Positions 46,956-56,974 of a stretch of DNA of 64,000 bases are shown here, piece after piece. This DNA is from an uncultured Alphaproteobacteria bacterium. Lineage in GTDB: Bacteria; Pseudomonadota; Alphaproteobacteria; Rs-D84. The stretch lies in assembly GCA_944392815.1 (NCBI GenBank), contig CALXXY010000001.1, forward strand, positions 32,001-96,000. Reading direction: 5' to 3'. The number at the start of each line of letters is the position of its first letter. Position 1 is the stretch's first letter. The translations under genes were made by a program, and so were the position numbers. A model generated the notes under the pieces. That model was given only the letters and a program-made list of their open reading frames with translations, was not told the origin of the DNA and searched no databases.

Positions 46956-48014
46956 ATGCAAATCGTTTTGGCCATTGTCGCATTGTTGATTGTTTTGGGT
47001 ATCGTGGTGTTTGTGCACGAACTGGGACATTTTTTGGCTGCGCGTTGGGCGGGTGTTCGCGTTGATACTTTTTCCATTGGGTTTGGGCCGGCCATTGTGA
47101 AATGGCATGACAAGCATGGAACTGTTTGGAAATTAGCGTGTTTGCCGTTGGGTGGATATGTGTCCATTTATGGCCAAGAAGATATGTTTGACCGCAAAAA
47201 ATATGCCGAACTGTCCGACGAAAAGAAAAAAGGACATTATCTGTCTGCGCCTGCGTGGAAACAGTTCATTATTGTTGCGGCCGGCGTCACTATGAATTTC
47301 ATTTTGGCGTGGTTGATTTATTCCGGCATATTTATGTTCCAACCAAAAGAAGTTCAATTGCCCGTCGTTGGCCAGGTTATCCAGGAAAGTATTGCGTTTG
47401 ATGCGGGGGTAAAACCTGGTGACGTTGTTATGCAAATTGATGGCGAAAAAATCACCAACTGGGGTGAATTAATTATCGCCAAAGAATTGGCATCGACACA
47501 CGATGCAGATGTATTATTGTTGCGCGGCGAAAATCTGGTGCGTGTGCAATTATCACCCGCAGAACGTTGGGGATTGGTCGCCGATGGCAGTAAAACTGAA
47601 TTACGCAAAAAGGGATTTTTTGACGGTCTGTATGCTGGGGCCCGCGAAACGTATTATCAATCAAAAACTTTGCTGGTTGTGTTAAAGCAAATTGTCACGG
47701 GTGAACGTTCATCCAAGCAATTGGGTTCTTTTATCACAATTGCCGAAGTTTCGGGCCAGGCATTGGCAATGGGAATCGTTGCATTATTATCAATTATTGC
47801 GTTGCTGTCGGTGAATTTAGGTGTTATAAATTTACTGCCGTTGCCAGTGCTGGACGGGGGGTATCTGTTGATTTTAATCATAGAAGCCATTACCCGGCGT
47901 AAACTGGGCGGGCGCGGTATGGAAATTGCTATTTTGGTCGGGTGGTTGTTCATAATTGGGCTGTTCGCGTTGACCATGTGGAATGATTTGGCACGTGTAT
48001 TTGGAATTAATTAA
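46956..48014 (+). CDS. rseP: RIP metalloprotease RseP
   Basis: HELGH, FSIGFG, PLGGYV, PDZ domain, NLLPLPVLDGG. Confidence 0.96.
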   Translation: MQIVLAIVALLIVLGIVVFVHELGHFLAARWAGVRVDTFSIGFGPAIVKWHDKHGTVWKLACLPLGGYVSIYGQEDMFDRKKYAELSDEKKKGHYLSAPAWKQFIIVAAGVTMNFILAWLIYSGIFMFQPKEVQLPVVGQVIQESIAFDAGVKPGDVVMQIDGEKITNWGELIIAKELASTHDADVLLLRGENLVRVQLSPAERWGLVADGSKTELRKKGFFDGLYAGARETYYQSKTLLVVLKQIVTGERSSKQLGSFITIAEVSGQALAMGIVALLSIIALLSVNLGVINLLPLPVLDGGYLLILIIEAITRRKLGGRGMEIAILVGWLFIIGLFALTMWNDLARVFGIN

Positions 48015-48015
48015 A

Positions 48016-50286
48016 ATGGATATAAAACAGTTTTTATTTACAACCACTGCTGTATTAATTGCGCCGGCCGCAATGGGTGCAACTGTGTCGCGCATCGATG
48101 TTTCAGGCAATCAGCGTATGGACGCTGAATCCGTGCGGATTTTGTCCGATGTGCGTGTTGGTGATAACGTTTCAGCCGAGGGCGCCAATCAAATCGCCAA
48201 ACGTTTACAGGAAAGCGGATATTTTTCACGTGTAAATGTCCGTATGTCTGGCAATGTCCTGAAAATAGATATTGTCGAGGCCCCAACCGTTAACCTGGTG
48301 ACGATCGAGGGGAACGATGAAATTTCCACCGATGATTTGAAAAAAGAACTGCGGTTGAAATCGCGCGATTCATATGATGAATCTGTTATCGGGGCGGACG
48401 TGCAACGTATGTTGACCCTGTACCAGCGCAAGGGTTTTTTCGGTACAACCATTGAACCCCAGAAAATCGAATTGGACGACAATCGGGTGAATGTTGTATA
48501 CGAAATTGACGAAGGTCACCCAACATATATCCGTCGCATTGATTTCAAAGGCAACAAAGTTTTTCGTGACCGCGATTTGCGTGACGCGATTTTGTCGCGC
48601 GAACATGCCTGGTGGCGGTTTATGACCCAATTCGACGTTTTCGACGAAGACAGAATTTTATATGACCAGCAGATGTTGCGCCAGTTTTATATGCGCAACG
48701 GTTATGTCGATATGAATGTGACGGACGCAAATGGTGTCTTTACGCCCGACCGGCAATATTATTCTGTGACATTTACCATTGACGAAGGCGAAAAATACGA
48801 TTTCGGGAAAATAACAATCAAAAATCCATTCCCTGATGTGCCTGATGATATTCTGTACGATGTTGTCGCAATGGACGATGGCGACACGTACAATATTGAT
48901 TTGGTGGACGAAACAATTTCAAATCTGCGCGGTGCGGTGGCGGATCATGGGTATGCGTTTATTACTGTGAATCCTGTGCCGACAAAAAATGATGATGACA
49001 ACACTATTGATATCGAATTCCAGATTGAAAAAACAAATCGTATTTATCTGAACAACATTAATATTCTGGGCAATGTTCGTACGTTTGATTCTGTTATTGA
49101 ACAATTGATTCCCATGCGTTCGGGCGATCCGTTTTCATTACAGACCATAGAAGAAGGCCGCCAAAATTTAATGCGCACACGTTATTTCAAAAGTGTGCAA
49201 ATGGTGCCCAATCGTATTGCTGATGCGAATATGATTAACCTGGATATCCAGGTCGAAGAACAACCCACGGGCGAATTGTCGGGTGGTTTTGGGTGGTCGA
49301 ATATCAATGGGTTTATGATTGACGCGGGGATTTCGGAATCCAATTTCATGGGCCGCGGCCAGGTTGTGCAACTGCGCGGATCCATCGCACAATATCAAAA
49401 ACAGGCATTGTTCAGTTTCACAGAACCGTATTTGTTCGGGCGGCCGCTGTCCGCGGGATTTGATGTATCGTATACCATGTATGATTATTCGTCACTGGGC
49501 GGATTTGGATACGATCGTGATTCTTTGACAGTGGCGGGACGCATGGGGTGGAAATTAACCGACCATTGGTCGCAAAATGTTCGTCTGTCTGCGGCATTTG
49601 ACCAGAATTACGATTTGAATTCAGAAACGGGCTGGCGCGATGCAGTGTTGTTCACACTGGGGACATATTTGCGTTATTACAATCTGGACACAAATTTTGA
49701 ACAAAATACTCATACCGGTGTCGTTGGTAATTTGGGTGTCGCATATACAGGGTTCGGGGGTACCGAAACATATATGCGGTATAATGCGGATATTATCGGT
49801 ATGGTAAAGTTTTTTGATGACCGGTGGCAATTGCGTTCGTCGTTGGAATTTGGGTTGATTCAGCCGCTGGACGATTCATATGTATCCCGTGTGTATCGGT
49901 ATTTCCTGGGTGGGGAATCACTGCGTGGGTTTGATATCGCGGGTGTGGGTTCACGAAATTGGTGGTACACCACGTATTCGCTGGGTGGGCTGTGGAAAAT
50001 AAACGGTTCAACACAGTTAAACTTTCCAATATTTATCCCAGATGAATATCAGGTAAAGGGTTTTGTGTTTGTCGACTATGGTATTCTGGGCAAGCCCCCA
50101 CACGAAGAATACACTTTTGCAGGTGTTCCGAACCTGATTGATACAGATATTCGTACGTCGGCCGGGTTTGGTATTTACTGGAATACGCCGATGGGACCAA
50201 TGAATTTTTCGTGGGGCTGGCCGCTGCGTATGAACGAATACGACCGCGAACAAAGATTCCTGTTGTCGTTCGAAACACAGTTCTGA
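48016..50286 (+). CDS. bamA: Outer-membrane protein assembly factor BamA
   Basis: POTRA repeats, LRGF loop motif, TPMGPMNF, C-terminal F. Start placed at MDIKQF. Confidence 0.96.
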   Translation: MDIKQFLFTTTAVLIAPAAMGATVSRIDVSGNQRMDAESVRILSDVRVGDNVSAEGANQIAKRLQESGYFSRVNVRMSGNVLKIDIVEAPTVNLVTIEGNDEISTDDLKKELRLKSRDSYDESVIGADVQRMLTLYQRKGFFGTTIEPQKIELDDNRVNVVYEIDEGHPTYIRRIDFKGNKVFRDRDLRDAILSREHAWWRFMTQFDVFDEDRILYDQQMLRQFYMRNGYVDMNVTDANGVFTPDRQYYSVTFTIDEGEKYDFGKITIKNPFPDVPDDILYDVVAMDDGDTYNIDLVDETISNLRGAVADHGYAFITVNPVPTKNDDDNTIDIEFQIEKTNRIYLNNINILGNVRTFDSVIEQLIPMRSGDPFSLQTIEEGRQNLMRTRYFKSVQMVPNRIADANMINLDIQVEEQPTGELSGGFGWSNINGFMIDAGISESNFMGRGQVVQLRGSIAQYQKQALFSFTEPYLFGRPLSAGFDVSYTMYDYSSLGGFGYDRDSLTVAGRMGWKLTDHWSQNVRLSAAFDQNYDLNSETGWRDAVLFTLGTYLRYYNLDTNFEQNTHTGVVGNLGVAYTGFGGTETYMRYNADIIGMVKFFDDRWQLRSSLEFGLIQPLDDSYVSRVYRYFLGGESLRGFDIAGVGSRNWWYTTYSLGGLWKINGSTQLNFPIFIPDEYQVKGFVFVDYGILGKPPHEEYTFAGVPNLIDTDIRTSAGFGIYWNTPMGPMNFSWGWPLRMNEYDREQRFLLSFETQF

Positions 50287-50353
50287 TGTTTTTATATCTT
50301 GACCAGGGGGACGAATTTTTCTTATAATTCATTACAAGCCAAGGGGGAAAGTG

Positions 50354-50500
50354 ATGAAAAAAGTGCTGTTGGGATTGTTTGTTGTTTTGGCGTTGGCCGG
50401 GTGTGGCCAGATTTATGACCGCGAACCCGTGGGCGTTGGATATGACAACAATGAATTAAAATTAAGCCCATGCGCATGTATCATGGTGTTCCAGGCATAA
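50354..50500 (+). CDS. Small lipoprotein (48 aa; not in the ORF track)
   Basis: MKKVLLGLFVVLALAGCGQIYDREPVGVGYDNNELKLSPCACIMVFQA*; lipobox LAGC, GGGGG RBS, upstream TTGACC..TATAAT. Confidence 0.8.
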   Translation: MKKVLLGLFVVLALAGCGQIYDREPVGVGYDNNELKLSPCACIMVFQA

Positions 50501-50532
50501 TATACCTGGGGAATTCGTGGGGGGATTTTTAA

Positions 50533-51234
50533 TTGGATTATCCAAGCGATTTTAACACACCGGCATTCCCAGCCGGCCCGCGTATTGCCATATCCAGATT
50601 TATGGCGATTGCATCATGCGCGCTGTTTGTCGTTGTTATTGGATTATGTCTGGTTCTGTTGTGGGCCGCGCGTTCCCAGCGGATTGACCCATTTATTGTA
50701 TCTGTTGATGAAATAACCGGCGAATGGACCGTGGTCGGGCATTCGCATGGGGCCGGGCCGGTGGAATACCCTGCCCTGTGGTCGGTGCAGCAATCTGTGA
50801 TTGTGAATTTTGCGACAAATTGGTTCACGATTTCGGAAAATGTGGAAATAAATGACGCAATGTGGCAAACGTGCGAACGCGCGACTGATTGCGGCACGGA
50901 AAGCGATTTGAAATACGGTGACGCCGCGTGCGCGCTGTATTGCACCGCAGGCGAAGAATTATTTTCCAGGTTCGTATACGATGTTGTGCCCGCGCACCAG
51001 GCGCGCGTGACAAACGGCGAAATCTGGGCTGTGGATAAAACAAAAATCCAGGTTGTGCCCGCCGGACAAATTACCGACAATGGCGGAACATGGCGGATTT
51101 TTGCGACGGTACAATCGAACATATCGGGCGATATCGCGGTTGTCGCATTTGCCAAGGTTGCACGTGACACCGACCGATATCCGCAAACGTTGGGGTATTA
51201 TGTGGCTGATTTTAACGCGTACAAGATAAACTGA
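50533..51234 (+). CDS. Bitopic membrane protein, VirB8-like architecture
   Basis: Short N-tail, one TM, PFIVSVDEITGE (like VirB8 P++V.VD..TG), beta-rich C-terminus ending PQTLGYYVADF. Confidence 0.55.
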   Translation: MDYPSDFNTPAFPAGPRIAISRFMAIASCALFVVVIGLCLVLLWAARSQRIDPFIVSVDEITGEWTVVGHSHGAGPVEYPALWSVQQSVIVNFATNWFTISENVEINDAMWQTCERATDCGTESDLKYGDAACALYCTAGEELFSRFVYDVVPAHQARVTNGEIWAVDKTKIQVVPAGQITDNGGTWRIFATVQSNISGDIAVVAFAKVARDTDRYPQTLGYYVADFNAYKIN

Positions 51235-51875
51235 TGAAAAAACTGATTATGTTTTTGGCGGGGTTGATATTGCTGGGGCTGACCGGGGTGGCGTTGTATA
51301 TCACGGGCGGCGTGTTTGACGCGGGCATGTCACAGCGCATATTTCCGTATTTTTTTCAGCCGAATAATTTGTCTGACCGGCGGCCCGGGGTGCCCCAAAC
51401 GCCCGAGTATATGGGCGACGCAGAATTTATGGATTTGTTGGTGCGTAAATATATTAATGAATATTTTTATGCCGCCCCAGATCAGGAAAATATTGCACGG
51501 CGCACCGGCGCGAACAGTGCGTTGGCCCGTATGTCTGCGCCCGCGGTATTTGACGAATGGAACGCAAACGAGGGTGCGAAAATCCAGGAACTGGCCAAAC
51601 AAAAATCTATGCGAATTGCGCGCGTGATTGATAAAATTTTTCAACCCAGCGGCAGTCAATATTGGACTGTGAATTACGAATTAATCACCTGGGAAAAGCC
51701 GAACGATTTTTCTGTACCACCCGTTGTGACACGTGGTACAATGCACATGGACATAACGTTTCAAATGGGAATGCGGTCGACGGTCAGTTTGGACGTGTTG
51801 CACCAATATTTGGAAAATGGGGGCGACCCGGCGGCTGTATTTCAATTTCAGGTGAATCAGATTATTCAGGGATAG
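51234..51875 (+). CDS. Bitopic membrane protein, possible second VirB8/NTF2-like subunit
   Basis: One TM, LVRKYINEYF helix, MSAPAVFDEW, YWTVNYEL; translationally coupled to the previous gene. Confidence 0.5.
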   Translation: MKKLIMFLAGLILLGLTGVALYITGGVFDAGMSQRIFPYFFQPNNLSDRRPGVPQTPEYMGDAEFMDLLVRKYINEYFYAAPDQENIARRTGANSALARMSAPAVFDEWNANEGAKIQELAKQKSMRIARVIDKIFQPSGSQYWTVNYELITWEKPNDFSVPPVVTRGTMHMDITFQMGMRSTVSLDVLHQYLENGGDPAAVFQFQVNQIIQG

Positions 51876-51881
51876 TCAATA

Positions 51882-52664
51882 ATGCGGACACGGTTTATAA
51901 TTTTTGCGTTGGTATTATCTGGAATAACCGCCCAGGCAATGGCGGCAACTGATGAATTTGATTTCAACAATTTTGCCATAACTGAAACGGGCGATGCGGA
52001 TTTAACAACCGGCGATGTCACACTGAACGCGGGCGCGAATCCCATAACGGTCAGCAATTTTGATATTGCCGGCATTATGTTGGGTATGTCATTTGATGAT
52101 TTAGAGGCATTGTTTATCAAAACTAAAAGTGGTCTGTATTCCCCGCGGGAAAAGGACGCCGTTGTATATTCGATACAAAAAGAATGGAAATACAATCTGG
52201 ATTACGAATGCCGGCAACAGGGTATCGTTGTGCCCGATGAATTAAAGCAATGCGTGTATACGCTGGCGCGGGATCGGGGGTTGTTGTATGCGTCTGAATT
52301 GCACCTGGTGCGGGAAAATACGGGTGAAACGATTGATGTGTTTTTCACCAGCAACGCTGATGACAACGTGGTGTGGCGCATTTTATACAACAACGACGTG
52401 AACGAGATAGAGGGCGCACACGAAAAATTTGCCGACCAGCGCGAGAAAAAAATCCTGGCGTTCTGGCAAAGTGTTTTGGACAAATATGGTGCGCCCAATT
52501 CCGGGACAGACAAATGGATTTCGACAAATAATTCATATGACCCGATGATGACGGCGTATTATGGGTCGCTGGATTTGGTGGATATGGGCCGATATACGTC
52601 CGACATTGCCGAAAATATTCAAAGTGCCCGCGAAAATTTCCAGGCCAAACCATACGCGTTTTAA
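51882..52664 (+). CDS. Exported hypothetical protein
   Basis: Signal peptide ending AMA; FDIAGIMLGMS motif; 260 aa. Confidence 0.8.
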   Translation: MRTRFIIFALVLSGITAQAMAATDEFDFNNFAITETGDADLTTGDVTLNAGANPITVSNFDIAGIMLGMSFDDLEALFIKTKSGLYSPREKDAVVYSIQKEWKYNLDYECRQQGIVVPDELKQCVYTLARDRGLLYASELHLVRENTGETIDVFFTSNADDNVVWRILYNNDVNEIEGAHEKFADQREKKILAFWQSVLDKYGAPNSGTDKWISTNNSYDPMMTAYYGSLDLVDMGRYTSDIAENIQSARENFQAKPYAF

Positions 52665-52732
52665 CACCCGACAAATAACTTTACAAATTAAAACTATGTT
52701 TATACAATAGGCATACTATTAGGAGTTTTTTT

Positions 52733-53593
52733 ATGCCACGAGTGTCTGTATTGATGCCCACATATAATGCAGAAAAATATGTTAGTGCGGCGATTGAATC
52801 AATCTTGAACCAAACTTTTACAGATTTTGAATTTATTATCATAAATGATGGTAGTACGGATAACACCCTGCAAATCGTACGTGATTACGCCAAACAGGAC
52901 AAGCGTATTAAATTTATTGATAACAAAAAGAACAGTGGCATTGCCAAAGTTCGTAATCAATTATTAGATATTGCAAAAGGTACATATATCGCATATCAAG
53001 ATTCTGATGATATTTCATTACCAAATAGATTAGAAAAACAAGTTCAATATCTGGATACAAATAAAAACATTACTGTTGTTGGCGGCGGAATGAAAACATT
53101 TCCAAGACAAGAATTGATGACGGCGCCAGAAAACCCGAAAATTCTTGATTTTTATACGGCAAACGCCTGTTTTAATCCGACTGTTATGATACGAAAGTCC
53201 GATATAGATTCAATAAATTTACGTTATGATGAAACCTTACAAACCGCTGAAGATTATGATTTTTGGACCAAATTGGTTAAGCGATATAACATTTATAATA
53301 TGCCAGACGTATTAATAAATTATCGTGTATTGGATACCAGTTTATCACACAATAATCCACATCTTGATGAATGTAATAAAAAAGTTCAAAATAACATATT
53401 AAACTTTTTAACAAGTAATAAAAATACTGCTACCAGCTTATCTATAAAATACAGAATATTGCTGTTTGGTTTTCTGCCGCTGTTCAAACAAAAATACTCC
53501 AGGATATATTTATTTGACATCATCCCACTGTTAAAGAAACGTGGTTCTTGGTGGTATCTGTTTGATTTTATCCCGGTGTTCACAAAAAGGTAA
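52733..53593 (+). CDS. Glycosyltransferase family 2
   Basis: VSVLMPTYN, INDGSTD, DSDD, AEDYDFW; visibly AT-rich. Confidence 0.95.
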   Translation: MPRVSVLMPTYNAEKYVSAAIESILNQTFTDFEFIIINDGSTDNTLQIVRDYAKQDKRIKFIDNKKNSGIAKVRNQLLDIAKGTYIAYQDSDDISLPNRLEKQVQYLDTNKNITVVGGGMKTFPRQELMTAPENPKILDFYTANACFNPTVMIRKSDIDSINLRYDETLQTAEDYDFWTKLVKRYNIYNMPDVLINYRVLDTSLSHNNPHLDECNKKVQNNILNFLTSNKNTATSLSIKYRILLFGFLPLFKQKYSRIYLFDIIPLLKKRGSWWYLFDFIPVFTKR

Positions 53594-53601
53594 TTTTTAC
53601 A

Positions 53602-54489
53602 ATGACTAAACGCCTATTTATTTTTGCGGGGTATGACAAATTTCAACGTGTTGATGATACGTTATTATATTACCTAAATTCTTTGTCGGCGTTGGGTGAT
53701 ATTGTATTCAATATGGACAATGATTTGCCCGACGATGAATTGGCCAAAATCACCGCGATTCCACACGTTTTGTATGCAGCCGCACACAGGCATGGTGAAT
53801 ATGATTTTGGTTCGTACAAACGTGGATACATCTGGGCGCGGGACAATAAAATTTTGGACAAATATGATTGGGTGTATTTGGTGAATGATTCCGTATTCGG
53901 GCCATTCGTGCCACTGGAACCATTGATTGAAAAAATGGAAAACAGCGGTGCAGATTTCACAGGTATGTTGCGGCAGATTTTCACCCATTTGGACAACACA
54001 ATACATTCGTGGTTTACCGGACTGTCCAAGTCGATTGTAAATTCTGATTTTTTTAATGATTTTATCTGTAATGTTCACAATTATTCCAATAAATACGATG
54101 TAATTGTGCGATGTGAATTACGATTGAATCATTTAATCACAGCACGTGGATATAAAACTTTTGCCGTATTTGATAATACCGTGGATAATTGGGTTTACTG
54201 CAATCCCGTTAAATTATTGGAATATGATTTTCCATTTTTGAAAAAAAGTGCGCTGTTTCATATATCGGATTTCTGGCAATTATACGCGTTTGCCGATGAA
54301 TCAACCATGGATATGGTGCGCGCGTATACAGATAAATATGAATTATTTTTAAACCCCACTGTGAAATACGCACGAATTTATCAGTTCGCCCCATTCGGGT
54401 TGCCTGTATTCAGTATATATAAACGAGGGCATTCTTATAAATATTACCTGTTCGATGTCATTCCATTTTGCAGGGTTATCAAAAAATAA
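53602..54489 (+). CDS. Rhamnan synthesis F (RgpF)-like glycosyltransferase, copy 1
   Basis: YDFGSYKRG, LVNDSVFGP, DFTGM, IHSWF, FPFLKK. Confidence 0.85.
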   Translation: MTKRLFIFAGYDKFQRVDDTLLYYLNSLSALGDIVFNMDNDLPDDELAKITAIPHVLYAAAHRHGEYDFGSYKRGYIWARDNKILDKYDWVYLVNDSVFGPFVPLEPLIEKMENSGADFTGMLRQIFTHLDNTIHSWFTGLSKSIVNSDFFNDFICNVHNYSNKYDVIVRCELRLNHLITARGYKTFAVFDNTVDNWVYCNPVKLLEYDFPFLKKSALFHISDFWQLYAFADESTMDMVRAYTDKYELFLNPTVKYARIYQFAPFGLPVFSIYKRGHSYKYYLFDVIPFCRVIKK

Positions 54490-54500
54490 AGTTTAACAAA

Positions 54501-55391
54501 TTGGTCAAACGTTTATTTATTTTTGCCGGGTATGACAAATTTCAGCGTGTTGATGATACGCTGTTATATTACCTGAATTCTTTATCGGTGTTAGGGGATA
54601 TTATATTCAATATGGATAATGATTTACCCGATGATGAATTGTCAAAAATCACCGCGGTTCCCAATATGTTATCCGCAACCGCACACAGGCATGGTGAATA
54701 CGATTTTGGTTCGTACAAACGTGGATATATTTGGGCGCGGGACAATAAAATTTTGGACAAGTATGATTGGGTGTATCTGGTGAACGATTCCGTATTCGGG
54801 CCCGCGTTTGATTTGGCACACACGTTGTACAATTTGGAATCTGGCGACGCTGATTTTGTCGGTATGGTATGCAATACCACCCCAAACATTGCGCCGCATA
54901 TTCAATCGTGGTTTGTTGGGGTACGCAGGAATGTTGCCCTGTCCGCGGTGCTGCACGATTTTATTACGTCTGTCCACGCGCAATCCGATATTAGCGCGGT
55001 TATTGGCAAATATGAAATTGGGCTGACAACTGTATTGGAACAGCACGGATATAAATACACAACTGTATTTAACGACGCAACGGCCAAAATGTATTGGAAC
55101 CCGATTAAAATAATACGTGGTGGCGTGCCGTTTATAAAGAAAAAATCTTTGCCCCGGGTGCGCGATATCAATCATTTATATAAAATATTGCCGCCGCAAT
55201 TGGCGCGCGAAATTGGTGAATATGCGGTACGCTATGATGTGGACATTGCAAAAAATGAATGCGTATACCGTTTAACAGTTTTTGGGGCACCTGTTATGTC
55301 AATATACCAAAGAAAACACCCGGGGCATATCATACGAAAAACATATCTGTTCGGGTTTATCCCAATTCGAAAAACAGTGCAAACGTGTTGA
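54501..55391 (+). CDS. RgpF-like glycosyltransferase, copy 2
   Basis: Same motifs plus PHIQSWF and YEIGLT; TTG start inferred from paralogy. Confidence 0.85.
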   Translation: MVKRLFIFAGYDKFQRVDDTLLYYLNSLSVLGDIIFNMDNDLPDDELSKITAVPNMLSATAHRHGEYDFGSYKRGYIWARDNKILDKYDWVYLVNDSVFGPAFDLAHTLYNLESGDADFVGMVCNTTPNIAPHIQSWFVGVRRNVALSAVLHDFITSVHAQSDISAVIGKYEIGLTTVLEQHGYKYTTVFNDATAKMYWNPIKIIRGGVPFIKKKSLPRVRDINHLYKILPPQLAREIGEYAVRYDVDIAKNECVYRLTVFGAPVMSIYQRKHPGHIIRKTYLFGFIPIRKTVQTC

Positions 55392-55446
55392 TATTGCCCG
55401 TAAAAAACGCTGGACTTGCGGGGACGCATCCCTTATACTGGCACAC

Positions 55447-56355
55447 ATGACAAAGCGTTTATTTATTTTTGCGGGGTATGACAAATTTCAACGTGTTGAT
55501 GATACGTTATTATATTACCTAAATTCTTTGTCGGCGTTGGGTGATATTGTATTCAATATGGACAATGATTTGCCCGACGATGAATTGGCCAAAATCACCG
55601 CGATTCCACACGTTTTGTATGCAGCCGCACACAGGCATGGTGAATATGATTTTGGTTCGTACAAACGTGGATACATCTGGGCGCGGGACAATAAAATTTT
55701 GGACAAATATGATTGGGTGTATTTGGTGAATGATTCCGTATTCGGGCCATTCGTGCCACTGGAACCATTGATTGAAAAAATGGAAAACAGCGGTGCGGAT
55801 TTCACGGGTATGTTATATTTCAAACACGAAGTGACAGAATGTTTGCAATCTTGGTTTCTGGGGTTAAACAAACAAATTGTTCAATCTGATATTTTCGATA
55901 ATTTCATATCCAGCATAACGGCCCAACCTGATAAACATACCGTCGTTTTTAAATATGAAATGCGGTTATCACGTCTGTTGCAGACATATGGGTATACACG
56001 TTTTGGATTATACCAGCAAATATATACAGATATAATATACGACAACCCGGTTAATTTATTAATTCGCGGATTTCCGTTTTTGAAAAAAATTGCAAAGTAC
56101 AATTTGGAACGAATAACGTGGCTGTATCCATTCGCCGACCAGCCAGTAATTGACGATGTTATAAAGTATGTTGACCGCTATCAACTGTACCGGCCAGACA
56201 TACAGACAAAATATATAAAAACGGCGCGGTTGACCGTATTTGGAATTCCGATATTCAGTATTGCAAATCGACGCGATTCATACAAAATATACCTGTTTGA
56301 TTTGATTCCAATTTGTAAATATTACGACAGACGTTTATTAAAACCAAAGGAATAA
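55447..56355 (+). CDS. RgpF-like glycosyltransferase, copy 3
   Basis: Same motifs; 5' region DNA-identical to copy 1. Confidence 0.85.
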   Translation: MTKRLFIFAGYDKFQRVDDTLLYYLNSLSALGDIVFNMDNDLPDDELAKITAIPHVLYAAAHRHGEYDFGSYKRGYIWARDNKILDKYDWVYLVNDSVFGPFVPLEPLIEKMENSGADFTGMLYFKHEVTECLQSWFLGLNKQIVQSDIFDNFISSITAQPDKHTVVFKYEMRLSRLLQTYGYTRFGLYQQIYTDIIYDNPVNLLIRGFPFLKKIAKYNLERITWLYPFADQPVIDDVIKYVDRYQLYRPDIQTKYIKTARLTVFGIPIFSIANRRDSYKIYLFDLIPICKYYDRRLLKPKE

Positions 56356-56361
56356 ATACAC

Positions 56362-56970
56362 ATGTTGTTCAAAAGGCATAAAAAATCAGATGTGTATCAC
56401 GTGTGGCGCCAAAGGAATCCGCACAATGACACTTATATTGCCCAATGGACCAATATCGATCGTATAAGTGTTGGGCGTGGTTCATATGGATATTTGTATG
56501 TGTTAAATGCCAGTGATAAAGATGTCCATCTGCGGATTGGAAATTACGTGTCAATTGGTAATCATGTGTGTTTTATTCTGGCCAGTGAACACCCGCATAA
56601 ATATTTGTCCACATATCCATGGCGTGTAAAATGCGGCGGCGAACAGTGCGAAGCACTGTCCAAGGGGGATATTATTATTGACGATGATGTTTGGATTGGT
56701 TTTGGTGCCATCATTAATTCTGGGGTGCACATTGGTCAGGGCGCGATTATTGCGTCTGGGGCCGTGGTCGTACACGATGTGCCGCCGTATGCGATTGTTG
56801 GGGGCAACCCTGCCCGTGTTATAAAATATCGCTTTGAACCAGAAATTATAGAAAAATTGATAAAATTTGATTTTTCAAAAATTAAAATCGATAAACATAA
56901 CTTGGATATTTTGTACAGGGAGCTGACGCCAGAAAATATAGATAATATTTTGCATCAGCTGCAGGAGTAA
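56362..56970 (+). CDS. CatB/Vat-like hexapeptide O-acetyltransferase
   Basis: [41 protein letters not shown]. Confidence 0.9.
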   Translation: MLFKRHKKSDVYHVWRQRNPHNDTYIAQWTNIDRISVGRGSYGYLYVLNASDKDVHLRIGNYVSIGNHVCFILASEHPHKYLSTYPWRVKCGGEQCEALSKGDIIIDDDVWIGFGAIINSGVHIGQGAIIASGAVVVHDVPPYAIVGGNPARVIKYRFEPEIIEKLIKFDFSKIKIDKHNLDILYRELTPENIDNILHQLQE

Positions 56971-56974
56971 ACAT

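Noticed and set aside
56362-56970. Antibiotic-resistance gene (catB/vat)
   Set aside because: The fold is shared, but its place inside a glycan operon points to a polysaccharide O-acetyltransferase.
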